Made by a program: the position numbers and the translations under genes. 64,000 nt of DNA, taken from positions 46,252,001 to 46,316,000 of the forward strand of contig OX597832.1 in assembly GCA_951406725.2 (NCBI GenBank). The letters are read 5' to 3'. Each line of letters starts with the position of its first letter. Position 1 is the first letter of the stretch. Below are positions 1-13,225 of the stretch, piece by piece. The notes under the pieces were generated by a model. That model was not told where the DNA came from and did not search any database. It saw nothing but the letters and a program-made list of their open reading frames with translations. The DNA is from Octopus vulgaris (lineage: Eukaryota).

Positions 1-361
1 AGATGGGGCGAGTGACGAAACCACATTCAGCATGATCCTGTAAATCGTAAAAGAGAGAGTCAGAGAGGACTTTGCTCCCATGTGTTTATTTTCTCCCTGC
101 CTGAGGTTACCGTGGTCTTTTCTGTAGGCTTTTCTTTCTACGGATGAATCTAATCTTGTTTGTTATTTAAAAAAAAAATATTTTCTTTCTGTGATACGCG
201 ATCCCTTTTGATCGCTTTTTTTTGCCGATCCCTCTTTTCTTTCCTTTTTTTCTTTTACTTTTCGATCTTTATTTTCCTTTTTCTTTTCCATCTTCGAAAA
301 GAAAAGCTCTACATTTCTATATGTCCCCTCTGTGTCCACCCCTGTGTGGCCAATAAAGAAA
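1..361 (+). mobile_element. Probable 3' end (ORF stop + T-rich 3'UTR) of a LINE sharing its tail with SINE family A
   Basis: Ends tgtcccctctgtgtccacccctgtgtggccaataaagaa (322-361), similar to the family A tail tgtcccctctgtgtttagccccttgtggg(t/c)a(g/a)taaagaaa but with no SINE body upstream; a frame ...DETTFSMIL* ends near 42; truncated by window edge. Confidence 0.5.
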
Positions 362-955
362 GTTATATACATGTGTCTATACTGTGTACAATGTATACAC
401 ATTATATTAGTAAGAAATAGTTACCACAGAAATGCATTATTGTGCAAACATTATAATTGAAGTTATATTTAATGGTTATGGTAATTGATGTTAATGTAAT
501 TACAATTATATGAGTTTTATGTCGGTGGACGAAGAAGACTATTCACATTCTAAGTGATAATCACGAGCATTGTTCTAATAAACTGGAAGGTGTTACATTC
601 GAAAACTAATATTACACGTTGAAATATGATGCAAAATTATGTTAGGTGTTAATCAATAACAGTATGTAATAATTTAAAGAAAAGCTATTAGAATGTTGAG
701 TCAATAATGTTCTAATATACATACCATTATCAGAGCGATTCTAAATGTATTACGACAATCGCAAATTGTTGACAATTAGATGAATATATTTCTTCAAATT
801 ATTGCGAATTTTTGAATACCAATTCACTTGTCTTAACTGATAATTGTTTGTGATACGAAGGGACGTGACAAATGTTTGAAACGGGTTGGGACACTGGTGT
901 AGAAGTTGTGAGAAGTGGAAAGATATGGATAGAATATATTCAAAGGTGGTATCCT

Positions 956-1186
956 GCAGCGAGCTGGCAGAAACGCTAGCAAGCCGAGCGAAATGCTTAA
1001 CGGTATTTCGTCTGCAGTTGCGTTCTGAGTTCAAATTCCGCCGAGGTCGACTTTGCCTTTCATCCTTTCGGGGTCGATAAATTAAGTATCAGTTAATGCA
1101 CTGGGGTCGATGTAATCGACTTAATCCGTTTGTCTGTTCTTGCTTGTCCCCTCTGTGTGTAGCCCCTTGTGGGTAGTAAAGAAATA
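956..1186 (+). mobile_element. tRNA-derived SINE family A, full length
   Basis: A-box-like tggcagaaacgct, B-box gagttcaaattcc, body ctttgcctttcatcctttcggggtcgataaattaagta; 8-bp TSD ggtatcct (948-955, 1187-1194); more than 15 related copies in window. Confidence 0.92.
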
Positions 1187-1310
1187 GGTATCCTAGATGC
1201 TGCACCTTACAGCATATTGTTGGCGTGTTAGGGAGTTATGAGTGAAATACTTAAGTTCACGAAAATGGTGTAACAATTGGTAAGCATAATTTTGATTATA
1301 AATTCATAGA

Positions 1311-1531
1311 AATAGTGGTTTCAAATTCTGGTGCAACGCCAAAAAATTTGGGTGAATGGGTAGATCGATTACATCGACTGCAGTTCTCAATTGGTTCCTT
1401 TTTGTATCGACGGCTGAAAGCTGAAATGTAAAGTCGACCTCGGCCAAACTGGAGCTCAGAACGCACAGACAGACGAAATGCCACTAAACATTTTGCGCAG
1501 GCTTCATACGATTCTGCTAGCTTGCCTCCTT
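1311..1531 (-). mobile_element. SINE family A, older subfamily with different tail
   Basis: Diverged reverse-complement match to family A head and body. Similar degraded copies near 13682-13865, 18760-18878, 19330-19515, 32410-32515, 34080-34220, 46280-46475, 62690-62780. Confidence 0.75.
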
Positions 1532-1544
1532 CATTCTTAGAAAT

Positions 1545-1827
1545 ACCATCAAGGCCATGGTATTGTACTCAGAAAGTTACCCTCCAAGGCACAAGTCCAG
1601 GCAAGTTGTTTGTTTATAGAAGACCAGCAGTCACCCATGCATATAAGCCTCCCCGCTCGATCTCACCAATGTTACCCTAGGGAAATATAATGCTGATACG
1701 GCTTTGCTCCAGTGACATCGCAACTCATTTCTACAACTGATTGAACTGGAGCAAAGAGAAATTATCTTGCTCAAGAACACACCACACAGAACGGTACGGG
1801 AATCAAACGCACTATCTTATGATTGTG
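1545..1827 (-). mobile_element. tRNA-derived SINE family D (degraded)
   Basis: Minus strand gtttgattccc...gtgttcttgagcaaga...ttgctccagt shared with 19572-19713(-) and 40700-40810(+); body shared with 38578-38690(+). Confidence 0.7.
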
Positions 1828-1851
1828 ATATATATATATATATATTATATA

Positions 1852-2060
1852 TAGTTAATCCAAACAAGAAAACACAAAAAAACACAACAACGCGAGGACG
1901 TGGAACAAATATAGTATTATCGGACGCTCAGGAAAGAAGGGAGGAAGGAGGGTTCAACGTTTCGAGCGGAGCTCTTCGTTGGAAACATAGGAGAAGGAAA
2001 GATCCAGAGAAGGGAAGACAGGGAAAAAAATCGCCAACGGTACACACGAGATCACATTAC
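1852..2060 (-). mobile_element. Penelope-like terminal repeat remnant abutting (TA)n, with degenerate hammerhead at 1952-1986
   Basis: Minus strand gttt-CCAACGA-a-gagc-tcc-gctc-GAAA-cgt-t-gaac; a second, opposite-orientation fragment of the family lies at 7546-7624, also within (TA)n. Confidence 0.6.
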
Positions 2061-2119
2061 ATATATACACACACTCCACCCACACATATATTTGCATCTA
2101 TATTCTTTCCTCTCACACC

Positions 2120-2171
2120 GTCTCCGATGAAGGGATATTATTAATAAATACTCTAGAATCAGTTGTAAGAC
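2120..2171 (+). ncRNA. Degenerate type I minimal hammerhead ribozyme motif
   Basis: gtct-CCGATGA-stemII-GAAT-cagttgta-agac; stem I gtct/agac, two core deviations from CUGAUGA/GAAA. Confidence 0.45.
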
Positions 2172-2767
2172 CTTCTATCTATAAATGCTCTAATATCTAT
2201 ACAGCCTTGGGTTTTTTATCTTATTACGCCAAAAATTCTTATATACACACGCTGACATAGAACCAACGTTGAACCCTTTATTCGCATTATTACCGAATCG
2301 GGAACTTAACTATGGTCTATCTATAGCACTTATTCAGCATTACCTATCACCTTTGGGTCTCAATGACACCATTATATATATATATATATATCGGAATACA
2401 CGTAAAGCTATAAATAATAGCACGTAAAAATATTGTGATGAAAAACCTTTGTTCTTCCATTCCCTTGAACACGATCAGAACGGGTGTGTGTTGTCAGTGT
2501 TTCACAGTTATATCTACGATGGGTGCCTCTTGCTGTTGCACGATATTACAGAGTTTACTACCAACTGACACATGATTTCATACCCTCATGAAAACTTATA
2601 TCGTATGTATGACTTTTCTCGAGTAAAGCCAGACATAGTAAGGAACACATAATACAAATGTTAACAGGGGTATTTTGCTTAATCCCGGTTAAGGGGATAT
2701 TTTGTTTTATCAGCATCGTCTTTAACTTTTGTTTTGTCTGCGTAGTGTTTAATTCATGCATACATAT

Positions 2768-2831
<64 letters not shown>

Positions 2832-2877
2832 ATATGCATACAAACATGCATGCATACATACATACATACATACATAC

Positions 2878-2986
2878 AAAAAAAAACTTGTTGGTGTTGA
2901 AATTCCAATTAACGAGTCCTGAATCTAGGTTAGAAACCGTCACTTTCTTTATTGGCAAGAAATCTTGAAATAAAACTGAATAATGA
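2878..2986 (+). mobile_element. ~110-bp repeat embedded in (CATA)n, copy 1
   Basis: Matches 61385-61497 (tctaggttagaaaccg...ggcaagaaatcttgaaataaaactgaa.aatgacatac); both copies have (CATA)n on both sides. Confidence 0.8.
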
Positions 2987-3732
2987 CATACATACATAGC
3001 TACAAATGTATATATATATATATATATATGTATACCGTAAAGTACATCAGAGCACCACGACAATATGATGATGTTAAATAATTAAACACACGCTCACGCA
3101 CACATGTATATATATATATATACATACATACACACACAAACACACAGACACATATATATGGTAGGGAGAGAGATGGTTGACGACAGAAAATAGGTATTAT
3201 CACTGTATGCAATGCGTGTATGTAAGGGGGCATTGTGATGGCCATACATACATACAAACCTTAAACCGCTTCGGGGAAATTCTCGCGTGAGCGCAAAATG
3301 ATAAATCGTTATGAGAATTTTTCACGAGCGAAAGATAAACGAACAATATAAAAATGAAATAAGAATTAAAATTAAATAAAACAAAATAAAAACTAAATTC
3401 AAAGGAGATTAAAAAAGAAGTAAATAAAATACCAGAATAGAAAACTAAATAAATAAATATATAAATAAATACATAAAAGAATCAATACGGAAATGCAGCA
3501 AAATGTTATCTCATCCAAACATACATGGAGAAATTATCCCTTGATAAAAATAAAGTCGATTTTCTAAAATGCAATGGTTTCTTTCTTAATATAAAGTTCG
3601 TGTTTAAGAGTTTCTCACAGATTAAATTCTGATTAAAATCCAAAGTGTATTATTTTATTATGTACATATTTTTCTTCTAGGAAACACATGAATAAATTCT
3701 TAATATTCAACAAAAATCAATATGTTTGAGCA

Positions 3733-4070
<338 letters not shown>

Positions 4071-5963
4071 CAATGTTGTTTTCTTATTTTATTTTACTAT
4101 CGATCGTCCTTTTGTTTACTGATAATTACATTTTCCTCTGTATGTTTACGTTTTCATTTTTTAAACAAAGAAAACGGTCCTGATATACAAAGAGTGTTCT
4201 GATGTGAGGGGTGGTGGGTGTAAAATTTAGAGGAAAACCGGGGGCGAGTTCGATCCAATATGTTCGGGAGGGCATCTCTTACTATTGACTTCTATCCTAA
4301 AGCTTCACAAGTATATATCCATGTACATATTTATTTATCCAAGCAAGTATCACATTCTGTCTTATTTCGATTCCTAATACGTGTATAGTTAGTCCATTGT
4401 CTGTATAATTTTGTTGTTTTTTGTTGCTACTCTTTTATTTTATTTTTTTTTTACATAGAATCGATTAAATCTAGAAAATTGATTCCCAAAATAGTGCTGA
4501 CCTGCATTCATTTAATTCGTTCCGAACATTTTAGACGGAAGTAGTTCGAAGTTTTATTATACTATGTTCTATATACGAGGGTAGGTTAGAAAGTAATTCA
4601 ATATTTATGACTCACCTTTGTATAAATTTAATGCAAATAAAAATTACATTATCTATTGAATTTACATAGTGCACTAAATGTGTTACAGTGGAGAAGCCAA
4701 CTATAATTTTCAGTAACAAATATTAAGTAAAAATTAAATAATATCATATTACTTTTTTCTAGTTTCATGTCACTCACGGTAACCCGTTGCTTTAAGGCAA
4801 ACACCCAACCCTATTACTAGGGAATAATATTATCGCTAACACTCCGTCAAAGCATGGTGCATCATAAAGTTACTGGCAAACACACAAACGCACCAACAAG
4901 TAAACACGTATTATATTTGTTAAGGTTTATTTGATTCAGTTATTGGACTGGGAACAACAAGTCGATCATAATAATTGTCTTCAGTTTTTAAGTTTCGTTC
5001 CTATGCTATTGAACCACTTTTGCGCAACCGCTAGATAGTGAAAGTAAGGAATCCAAAACTTACCATGAAGATTTGGTGGTGTTTGAACGTAAATAGAATG
5101 TGCGAAAGGTTTAAACTGAAGAAAGTAATAACTCTTGATCTGTTTAAGTGTCTCGTTTTTGTACAAGGACTCTTAAATATAGAACTGTACCGTCGCTTAG
5201 AGACTGATTTTTCGATACCAGAATTTGCTGTAAACGACCATTTGCGATCATTAATGATTGGTTATGTTCGATTAAGAAAGTTAGTGTCTCAGAACGGGAC
5301 ATTTCCTTCATAGGCTAAACATTTGGTTGTCTATACGAAATGCATCAGTATGATCTTTTAATACACTCTTGATCATGTCAATGACAACCTACGAATAACT
5401 CAACCGACATCCGGGTCTAAGAGAAACAACGAAACTTGTACACTATAATGTGTGCGCAAGTAACAGCAACCCAACTTAAAATGTTTTACGTTTTAATGGT
5501 TATGGTGGTTCCGGAGGTTGTATGCAAATTGAATATTTATTAAGTGGAAGTAAGTTCCGATCAATCAAGTTTCATATTTTATTCACGAGAGTTGTTATAT
5601 CCTTCCAAAAATAATGTTTTTACAGCACGTTCAACATTTCATATTTAAGATCTATTGACAATGAAGGTTTTGCAGGATTACTGATAATAACGGACGAGTT
5701 AAAATTATTTAAACTCTGAGGCATGGACAGAAAATTGCTGATTGCTCGTTTCATGATTGTTTGCAAATGGTCTCCTCCATGCAAAATATATTCTGGGAAA
5801 TATATTTCTGGGCAATGTTCGGTAAGCACTTCCAATCTTGAAAGCAGACAGTGTTGCTACCATGAACATTATTGAGAATCAACCTTCACTGTAGACGTTG
5901 TTTCCGAAGTTACAATTTTACGTGATCATATGTCAACAGAGTCGATAAGAACATGGCTTCTGA

Positions 5964-6197
5964 AGGCGGCGAGCTGGCAGAAACGTTAGCAAGCCGAGCG
6001 AAATGCGTAGCGGTATTTCGATTGCCGCTACGTTCTGAGTTCAAATCCCGCGGAGGTCGACTTTGCCTTTCATCCTTTCGGGGTCGATTAAATAAGTACC
6101 AGTTACACACTGGGGTCGATGTAATCGACTTAATCCGTTTGTCTGTCCTTGTTTGTCCACTCTGTGTGTAGCCGGTTCTGGGCAATAAAGAAACAAC
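5964..6197 (+). mobile_element. SINE family A, full length
   Basis: Family match; ~14-bp imperfect TSD aacatggcttctga / aatatgacttctga. Confidence 0.92.
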
Positions 6198-6466
6198 AAT
6201 ATGACTTCTGATTTTCTACCTGATGTTAGTGAGGAGCTAGAATATATATGCCGTGATTAGCACACTCAGCTTGAAATGATGTTGAGGTTTCAAGCAATGT
6301 ACGTAAATATACCCACAAGAAATTGGCATCCCATTAAATGAGGCAAAGTAAAGATACCTATCGATACTAGACTCTAGTAAACGTGTAATTATTTACAAAG
6401 TCATATTATAAAAGCAAATGTACACTATGATGATAAAGACTTAAAGATTACTCGTTAAAGATCCTA

Positions 6467-6575
6467 CACCATATTCAAATTATATTATCATTATTATTAG
6501 TATTATTATCATATACTTAATTTTTTCATTGTTTAATATACAGATATAATATTTAGGTCAGCGAACAAGAGAAAG
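6467..6575 (-). repeat. 109-bp inverted copy of 13292-13400 between 20-bp direct repeats
   Basis: Reverse complement matches 13292-13400 at 107/109; aaagattactcgttaaagat at 6443-6462 and 6572-6591. Confidence 0.92.
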
Positions 6576-7081
6576 ATTACTCGTTAAAGATGCAACAACC
6601 TTGAAACGCTACTCTGTATTTTCACATTGCAGAAGCCATGCTTCCTGACGACATTGCGATTTAATATGAAGATTATGGATTTTGTAATAGAACAGGAATT
6701 GGAATAATCCAGTTATAAGAAGGCATGATTGAAAGTGACATCATTATAAAGGGATAATATAGGGAACAATTGATTGCGTAGGCATATAAGGCCATACCTG
6801 TTGTTGAGATTGCAATTACTCTTTACGTGATTGCACTTTTCACATCGGATGAAATTATCAAAAGCGTCCAATAAACAGCAATGTCCATCGTTGCATAAAA
6901 GAAACCTGTTGCTCCAAAATTCCTTAATTGTGCATTGATTACGAGAAATTAGACATAAAGTTGCAAAATATTTTCTTAATGGTTAAATAAACTAACGATA
7001 TTGCTTACACTATGCTTCCATAATCTTAAAACTTCGTTATTTTGATCATCCCGATGTCTAGTTCATGTGTGTGTGTATACA

Positions 7082-7134
<53 letters not shown>

Positions 7135-7135
<1 letters not shown>

Positions 7136-7262
7136 GGCGTAGGAGTGGCTCTGTGGTAAGTAGCTTGCTTACGAACCACATGGTTCTGAGTTCATTCCCA
7201 TTGCGGGCCGACCAAAGCCATGTGAGTGGATTTGGTAGACGGAATTGATAGACTGAAAGAAA
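7135..7262 (+). mobile_element. SINE family B, internally deleted 5' part
   Basis: aggcgtaggagtggctctgtggtaagtagcttgc head as in 8784-9203. Confidence 0.8.
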
Positions 7263-7506
7263 TGTTGAAGAAGCACGTCACACATCTCCAAGAACCCAAT
7301 GGTACCACTTTCTAATGCATCAGCGTGTATCATTGTATGTACATGAAATTTTATTGGTGATATTCTTGTACTATGGACTGGCGTTGTTATTCCAAGATTC
7401 AACTTTATCAGCAGACGTCACGTTACTACTACATATGAAATACAGATTGAGGATGCATGTTGTCTGCCAAATAATCAAGCACACATCGTGAGAGACACTG
7501 AGCGAG

Positions 7507-7546
<40 letters not shown>

Positions 7547-7660
7547 CGTCCAATAAAACTATACTTGTTCCACGTCCTCGCGTTGTTGTGTTTTCTCTTT
7601 GTGTTTTCATGTTTGGATTAACTATATATATGCATATGTATATATCTATATATATATCTA

Positions 7661-7747
<87 letters not shown>

Positions 7748-7763
7748 TGTGTGTGTGTGTGTG

Positions 7764-7794
<31 letters not shown>

Positions 7795-8721
7795 GCGTAC
7801 ATATATATGTATGTATGCATGTACGTGTATGTGTGTGCGCGGGTGTATATGTGCTTCCATATGTGAATGTGTCTGTGTCTTCGTGTTTCCCCTTTATAAA
7901 CTTTGAACTTAACATTTACAATTTTTTATGAAGGATATCACACCCTTAGAAGCCACATGTCACTCCAGTGTTCGCAATATAAATAAGCGAGCAACGTACT
8001 TTATTAGCTTGTATTTGTGATTACAATGCCTACTACGGAGAATATTCGATCAAAGAAAAATTCAGTAATAAAAATTCAATAACTACGACGCCAATTTGGA
8101 CTGCGTATGCGTTATATGTCTCCAAAAATCTTGTGAACACAAAACAATATCATTGTTGTTACTAAATAATGCTAAGACCTTTCCCCTTTGCAAATATATC
8201 AGCATTTATTTTTATGTTAGTATGTTAGATCACTATTCTTTTCTTCTGTTATACTTTCTGTTTAGTAAGATCATGACATTCTTATCAATGTATACGGCTT
8301 CATCGTACACTGCTTTGTTCTCTGTAGTATAAGTGATTGCCAGACGGCTAGAACATTTTGTTCTATAACATTCTAAAGTTATAAAACCTGCTGCGATAAT
8401 AAACTTTTTCGAACATGTTTATTCAAGATGTTATTCAATGTACAATATGCGATCAAATTGGATTACGTGCTGACATATTGTAGTCAAGAATTTATTGTAC
8501 TGAAGTTTTATCATCAGACAACTAGAAAATAATATATTTTCGTAAAAATAATTGTATCTGGACAAGAGGTGTAAATATCTTGAATATAAAAATTAGAATG
8601 CAAATTAAAACGAAGTGATCGATTGTGTTTTAAATTATATCAAGGAGTTGTGTTGAGTTGAAAGTTATTAACTTCCACCTTGATTTCAGACTTAAATGTA
8701 TTTGTATACACCCATATATTT

Positions 8722-8756
<35 letters not shown>

Positions 8757-8783
8757 TCAACTGCGCCTCTCTATTACACACAC

Positions 8784-9203
8784 AGGCGTAGGAGTGGCTG
8801 TGTGGTAAGTAGCTTGCCTACGAACCGCATGGTTCAAGTTTCAGTCCCACTGCGTGGCACCTTGGGCAAATATCTTCTACTATAGTCTCGGGCTGACCAA
8901 AGCATTGTGAGTGGATTTAGTAGGTGGAAACCGAAAGAAGCCCGTCGTATATATGTATGTATATATATATGTATATATATATGTATGCGTGTGTATATGT
9001 TTGTGTGTCTGTGTTTGTCCCCTCTAACATCGCTTGACAACCGATGCTGGTGTGTTTCCGTCCCCATAACCTAGTGGTTCGGCAAAAGAGACCGATAGAA
9101 TAAGTACTAGGCTTACAGAGAATAAGTCCCGGGGTCGATTTGCTTGACTAAAGGCGGTGCTCCAGCATGGCCACAGTCACATGACTGAAACAAGTAAAAG
9201 AGT
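8784..9203 (+). mobile_element. tRNA-derived SINE family B (CORE-like), full length, internal (TA/TG)n
   Basis: A box tggctgtgtggtaa, B-box-like gtttcagtccc, CORE-like ggcaccttgggcaa, tail ccagcatggcc...ctgaaacaagtaaaagag. Confidence 0.92.
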
Positions 9204-9206
9204 ATT

Positions 9207-9732
9207 ATTTATTTATTTATTTCATTTTTATTTTATCTAGTTTCAGCTCACGAGCTTTGGCCATGCTGGGGCATGCTTTTTAGCAATTGTCATTTGGTGC
9301 ATGAGAGAGTTCGATGCAGCTGCCCTCATCTGCACCTCCTGTCGTGAAGTTGGTTCATCTGGGACACTTGACAGGAAGAGATCCAGTTTTATTTTAATGA
9401 CATCTGCATCCACCCCATGCAGGTCTCTCAGGTTCTTCGGGTGGATATTGAAGAGCTGTGGGCCTCTGAAGCCCAGGCTATCACAGTATCTTGTCCTACA
9501 TCTTGGTGGCAAATTTGGATTCCTTGGCATTATGCAGTGGCGCCCAGTTCTAGCATTTGTGTAACTCTCGATGCCAAAGTTTGGGACAAGTCCTTCTAGG
9601 ATCTTCCAGATGTATATTATAGCATATCTTTCTCGCCTACGCCCTAAGGAATAGTCTTAATCTCTTGAGTCTTTCCCAGTAGCTTATACGCTGCACAGAG
9701 GCTATCTTCTTCGTGTAGCTTCGTTGTAGCTT
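9207..9732 (-). mobile_element. 5'-truncated CR1/L2-group LINE, RT-ORF C-terminus and tail
   Basis: Minus strand translates LQRSYTKKIASVQRISYWERLKRL/..RRRERYAIIYIWKILEGLVPNFG...GPQLFNIHPKNLRDL...KIKLDLFLSSVPDEP, typical post-RT region; one frameshift; (TAAA)n tail. Confidence 0.85.
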
Positions 9733-10268
9733 TTGTATATAAATATACAAAATAATTTCTTCGATTGACGTAATGTAATAGGTATGTACTATTGTTTACC
9801 ACATGTACATTTTTTTGTAACTCCAAATAAATTTAATATTTACGGGAGACGGTTTGCGGTACTGTTGAGTATGGGATTAACAGTTGTATGCGTCTCATAC
9901 ATGTTATTGTAAACTGTGAGAATGAGAGACAAATAATCACAGTTAAGACTTTGGGATTTGCGATGAGTACGATTGAATTATGTGAGAGATTTCAGCAAAG
10001 GGTCTACGTTTCAGCTACTTGTAGTCTACGGTAATGACAGCGATGGTAACGATGATTAGGAAAAGAATTATATCATGAAGGTTAGTGATGGTGGTGATTG
10101 GAATGGTGATGATAATGCTGAAAGAAGAGTCGGTCGTTTGGAAGCGGTGGTAGTAACAGTGGTCGCAACGAATGACGACGATGATGATGATTCTATATGA
10201 AGGAAGGAAGAGAAGAGGAGGAGGAGAACGTCTATGAAAACTACGAGGACAGCGACGGTAATGGTGAT

Positions 10269-10885
10269 AAGGCGGCGAGCTGGCAGAGTGGTTAGCGCGC
10301 CCGGGCGAAATGCGTGGCCGTATTTCGTCTGCCGCAACGTTCTGGGTTCAAATTCCGCCGAGGTCGACTTTGCCCTTCCTTCATCCTTTCGGGGTCGATA
10401 AATTAAGGACCAGTTACGCACTGGGGTCGATGTAATCCACATAATCCGTTTGTCTATCCTTGTTTGTCTTCTCTGTGCTTAGCCCCTTGTGGGTAGTAAA
10501 GAAATAGATATTTCGTCTGCCGCAACGTTCTGAGTTCAAATTCCGCCGAGGTCGACTTTGCCTTACATCCATTCGGGATCGATAAATTAAGTACCAGTCA
10601 CGCACTGGGGTCGATATAATCGATATAATCGACTTAATCCGTTCTGCTCTCCTTGTTTGTCCCCTCTGTGCTGAGCCCCTTGTGGGTAGTAAAGAAATAG
10701 GTATTTTGTCTGCCGCTATATTCTGAGTTCAAATTCTGCTGAGGTCGACTTTGCCCTTCATCGTTTCGGGGTCGATAAATTAAGTACCTGTTACGCACTG
10801 GGGTCGATGTAATCGACTTAATACCTATGTCTGTCCTCGTTTGTCCCCTCTACATTTAGCTCCTTGTGGGTAGTAAAGAAATATA
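10269..10885 (+). mobile_element. SINE family A trimer (one full head plus two head-truncated units)
   Basis: Junctions at ~10507 and ~10700; whole array flanked by taatggtgat (10259-10268, 10886-10895). Confidence 0.9.
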
Positions 10886-11029
10886 TAATGGTGATCCTCG
10901 TGATGATGATGGTGATGTAGAGGAAGAGAGGGATGCTAATGGCGAAGATGATAAAATTCTTGGTTTTGCATGGTTAAGGATTTTTGCTTTTATATTCTCG
11001 TCTATTTGTATTTATGTACTCAACAAAAT

Positions 11030-11349
11030 CAGACCGGGTGTTGTGAGTGTTTATTGAGCGAAAACACCTAAAGCTCCACGAGGCTCCGACAGGGGATGGT
11101 GGTGATCCCTGCTGCACTCTTTCACCACAACTTTCTCTCACTCTTACTTCCTGTTTTCTGTTGTACCTGTATTTCAAAGGCCCGGCCTTGTCATCTCTGT
11201 GTCACGCTGAATATCCCTGAGAACTACGTTAAGGGTACACGTGTCTGTGGAGTGCTCAGCCACTTACACGTTAATTTCACGAGCAGGCTGTTCCGTTGAT
11301 TCGGATCAACCGGAACCCTCGTAGTCGTAACCGACGGAGTGCTTCCAAA
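11030..11349 (+). mobile_element. SINE family C, 5'-truncated
   Basis: Matches 37862-38576; perfect 12-bp TSD actcaacaaaat (11018-11029, 11350-11361). Confidence 0.88.
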
Positions 11350-11589
11350 ACTCAACAAAATAAAGGACAGCACGAATGAAACATTAAATTAAGATATCTC
11401 AGTTTTTACCGATTGCGCAAAATCAGTTATTTACTAATCAACAAAGAATAAGATTTAAATAGTCTTTGCATTAATTGATTTATATACACTTTTTAAAAGT
11501 ATGACTGGTACGTGGTGTGACAATACAGGCCACAACCACCAGATTACTGTGATAACCATACCATCTAGATAATTTAGCATATCGCTTGG

Positions 11590-11953
11590 TGGCTGACGCT
11601 ACGCGCAGGAGTAGTGGGGGAGCATCATAGCCATGCGTTGAGAGGGATTATTTGGGGTTTGAATAGTTCATCTCTGGAAACATGGGAGTTTTGTTAATCA
11701 TACTTAACCAAACCTTATTCAGAGACCTTTTCGGTAGGATATGCTACTCGACTTGAAGAAAATTCTAACTGCTCCCCACCTGCAAAATCATACGCTGTTG
11801 ATTTTTGTATCAGGTCAACATGTAGCGCACATATAGCTGTGATGTATGTGCCCTTATGAGACGGGTAGTCATGATGGGTATTTTGGGTCTTCTTATATTT
11901 GTACCCCAGTCTCACATTGATGGCATGTATGGCCCTCTCACTCAATAATAATA
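11590..11953 (+). mobile_element. Possible retroposon 3'UTR ending in short (TAA)n
   Basis: GC-richer island ending ctctcactc-aataataat; single copy here, so family not demonstrable. Confidence 0.35.
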
Positions 11954-11964
11954 TTTATCATTAT

Positions 11965-11965
11965 T

Positions 11966-12008
<43 letters not shown>

Positions 12009-12084
12009 AGTCATAGTAGTAGTAGTAGTAGAAGTAGTAGTAGTAGAAGAAGTAGTTGTAGAAGTAGTAGTAGCAGTAGTAGTA

Positions 12085-12150
<66 letters not shown>
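11965..12150. repeat. (GTA)n microsatellite
   Basis: Direct reading. Confidence 0.97.
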
Positions 12151-12602
12151 TTTAACTCTGCGCCAGTCAATGTGCAAGATATACAAAGATAAATGTATAG
12201 ATGCAGACACAAACACACACACACATACACACACATACACACACAGACGTGTACACACACACAGACGTGTACACACACACACATGCACATATACATCCAT
12301 GTATATAATTAGATCGACCGATATGTATGAAACAAATATATTAAAAAAAACGCAAATCGACATAAATATATAACAATGAATCGATAGAGAAATAAGAAGA
12401 TTAAATATAACGTCGTGCTTTACGAAGGAGTTAGCAGAAATATATTTTAGCTTTGTTAAAGAAAAATATATTTGCATAGACGTAACGTATAAGTAATACA
12501 CTAATCTATACAGTATTTCTTAGATATACATATCTACATTTCCACAGTTGCATTCATAAGATATATGCGTTGGTAAGGGGTAATGAATCTGTGTGTGCTT
12601 AC

Positions 12603-12604
12603 TT

Positions 12605-12669
<65 letters not shown>

Positions 12670-12744
12670 TACATAAATATATATATACATATATATATAT
12701 GTATACATATATATACATATATATATATATATACACACACACAC

Positions 12745-12777
<33 letters not shown>

Positions 12778-12953
12778 CATATATACATAAATATATATAC
12801 ATATATATATGTATACATATATATACATATATATATATATACACACACACATATATATATACATATATATATACATACATATATATACACGCACACACAC
12901 ATATATATATATATGTATGTATATATATATATATGTGTGTGTATATATATCTA

Positions 12954-13014
<61 letters not shown>

Positions 13015-13131
13015 ATATATATGTATGTATATATATATATGTATATATATATGTATATATATATATATGTATATATATATGTGTGTGTATATATATATGT
13101 ATATATATATATGTATATATATATTTATGTA

Positions 13132-13172
<41 letters not shown>

Positions 13173-13225
13173 GTAAATGCATGGATACATGTATGTGTGT
13201 GTGTGAGAGTGTGTGTGTTTGTGTG
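12603..13225. repeat. Compound (CA)/(TA)/(TG) microsatellite with internal duplication and inverted symmetry
   Basis: CA-type interruptions on the left, TG-type on the right; tacatatatacataaatat occurs twice and once inverted. Confidence 0.9.

Noticed and set aside
886-1080. Recurring peptide ELAETLA..SEFKFRRGRLCLSSFRGR in several ORFs
   Set aside because: Translation of SINE A copies, not a gene family.
4574-4602. Mariner-like TIR tacgagggtaggttagaaagtaa (and a solo one at ~29296-29338)
   Set aside because: No matching partner TIR or transposase found nearby.
5625-5821. Candidate coding exon (tttacag ... gtaagc)
   Set aside because: Stops in all three frames.
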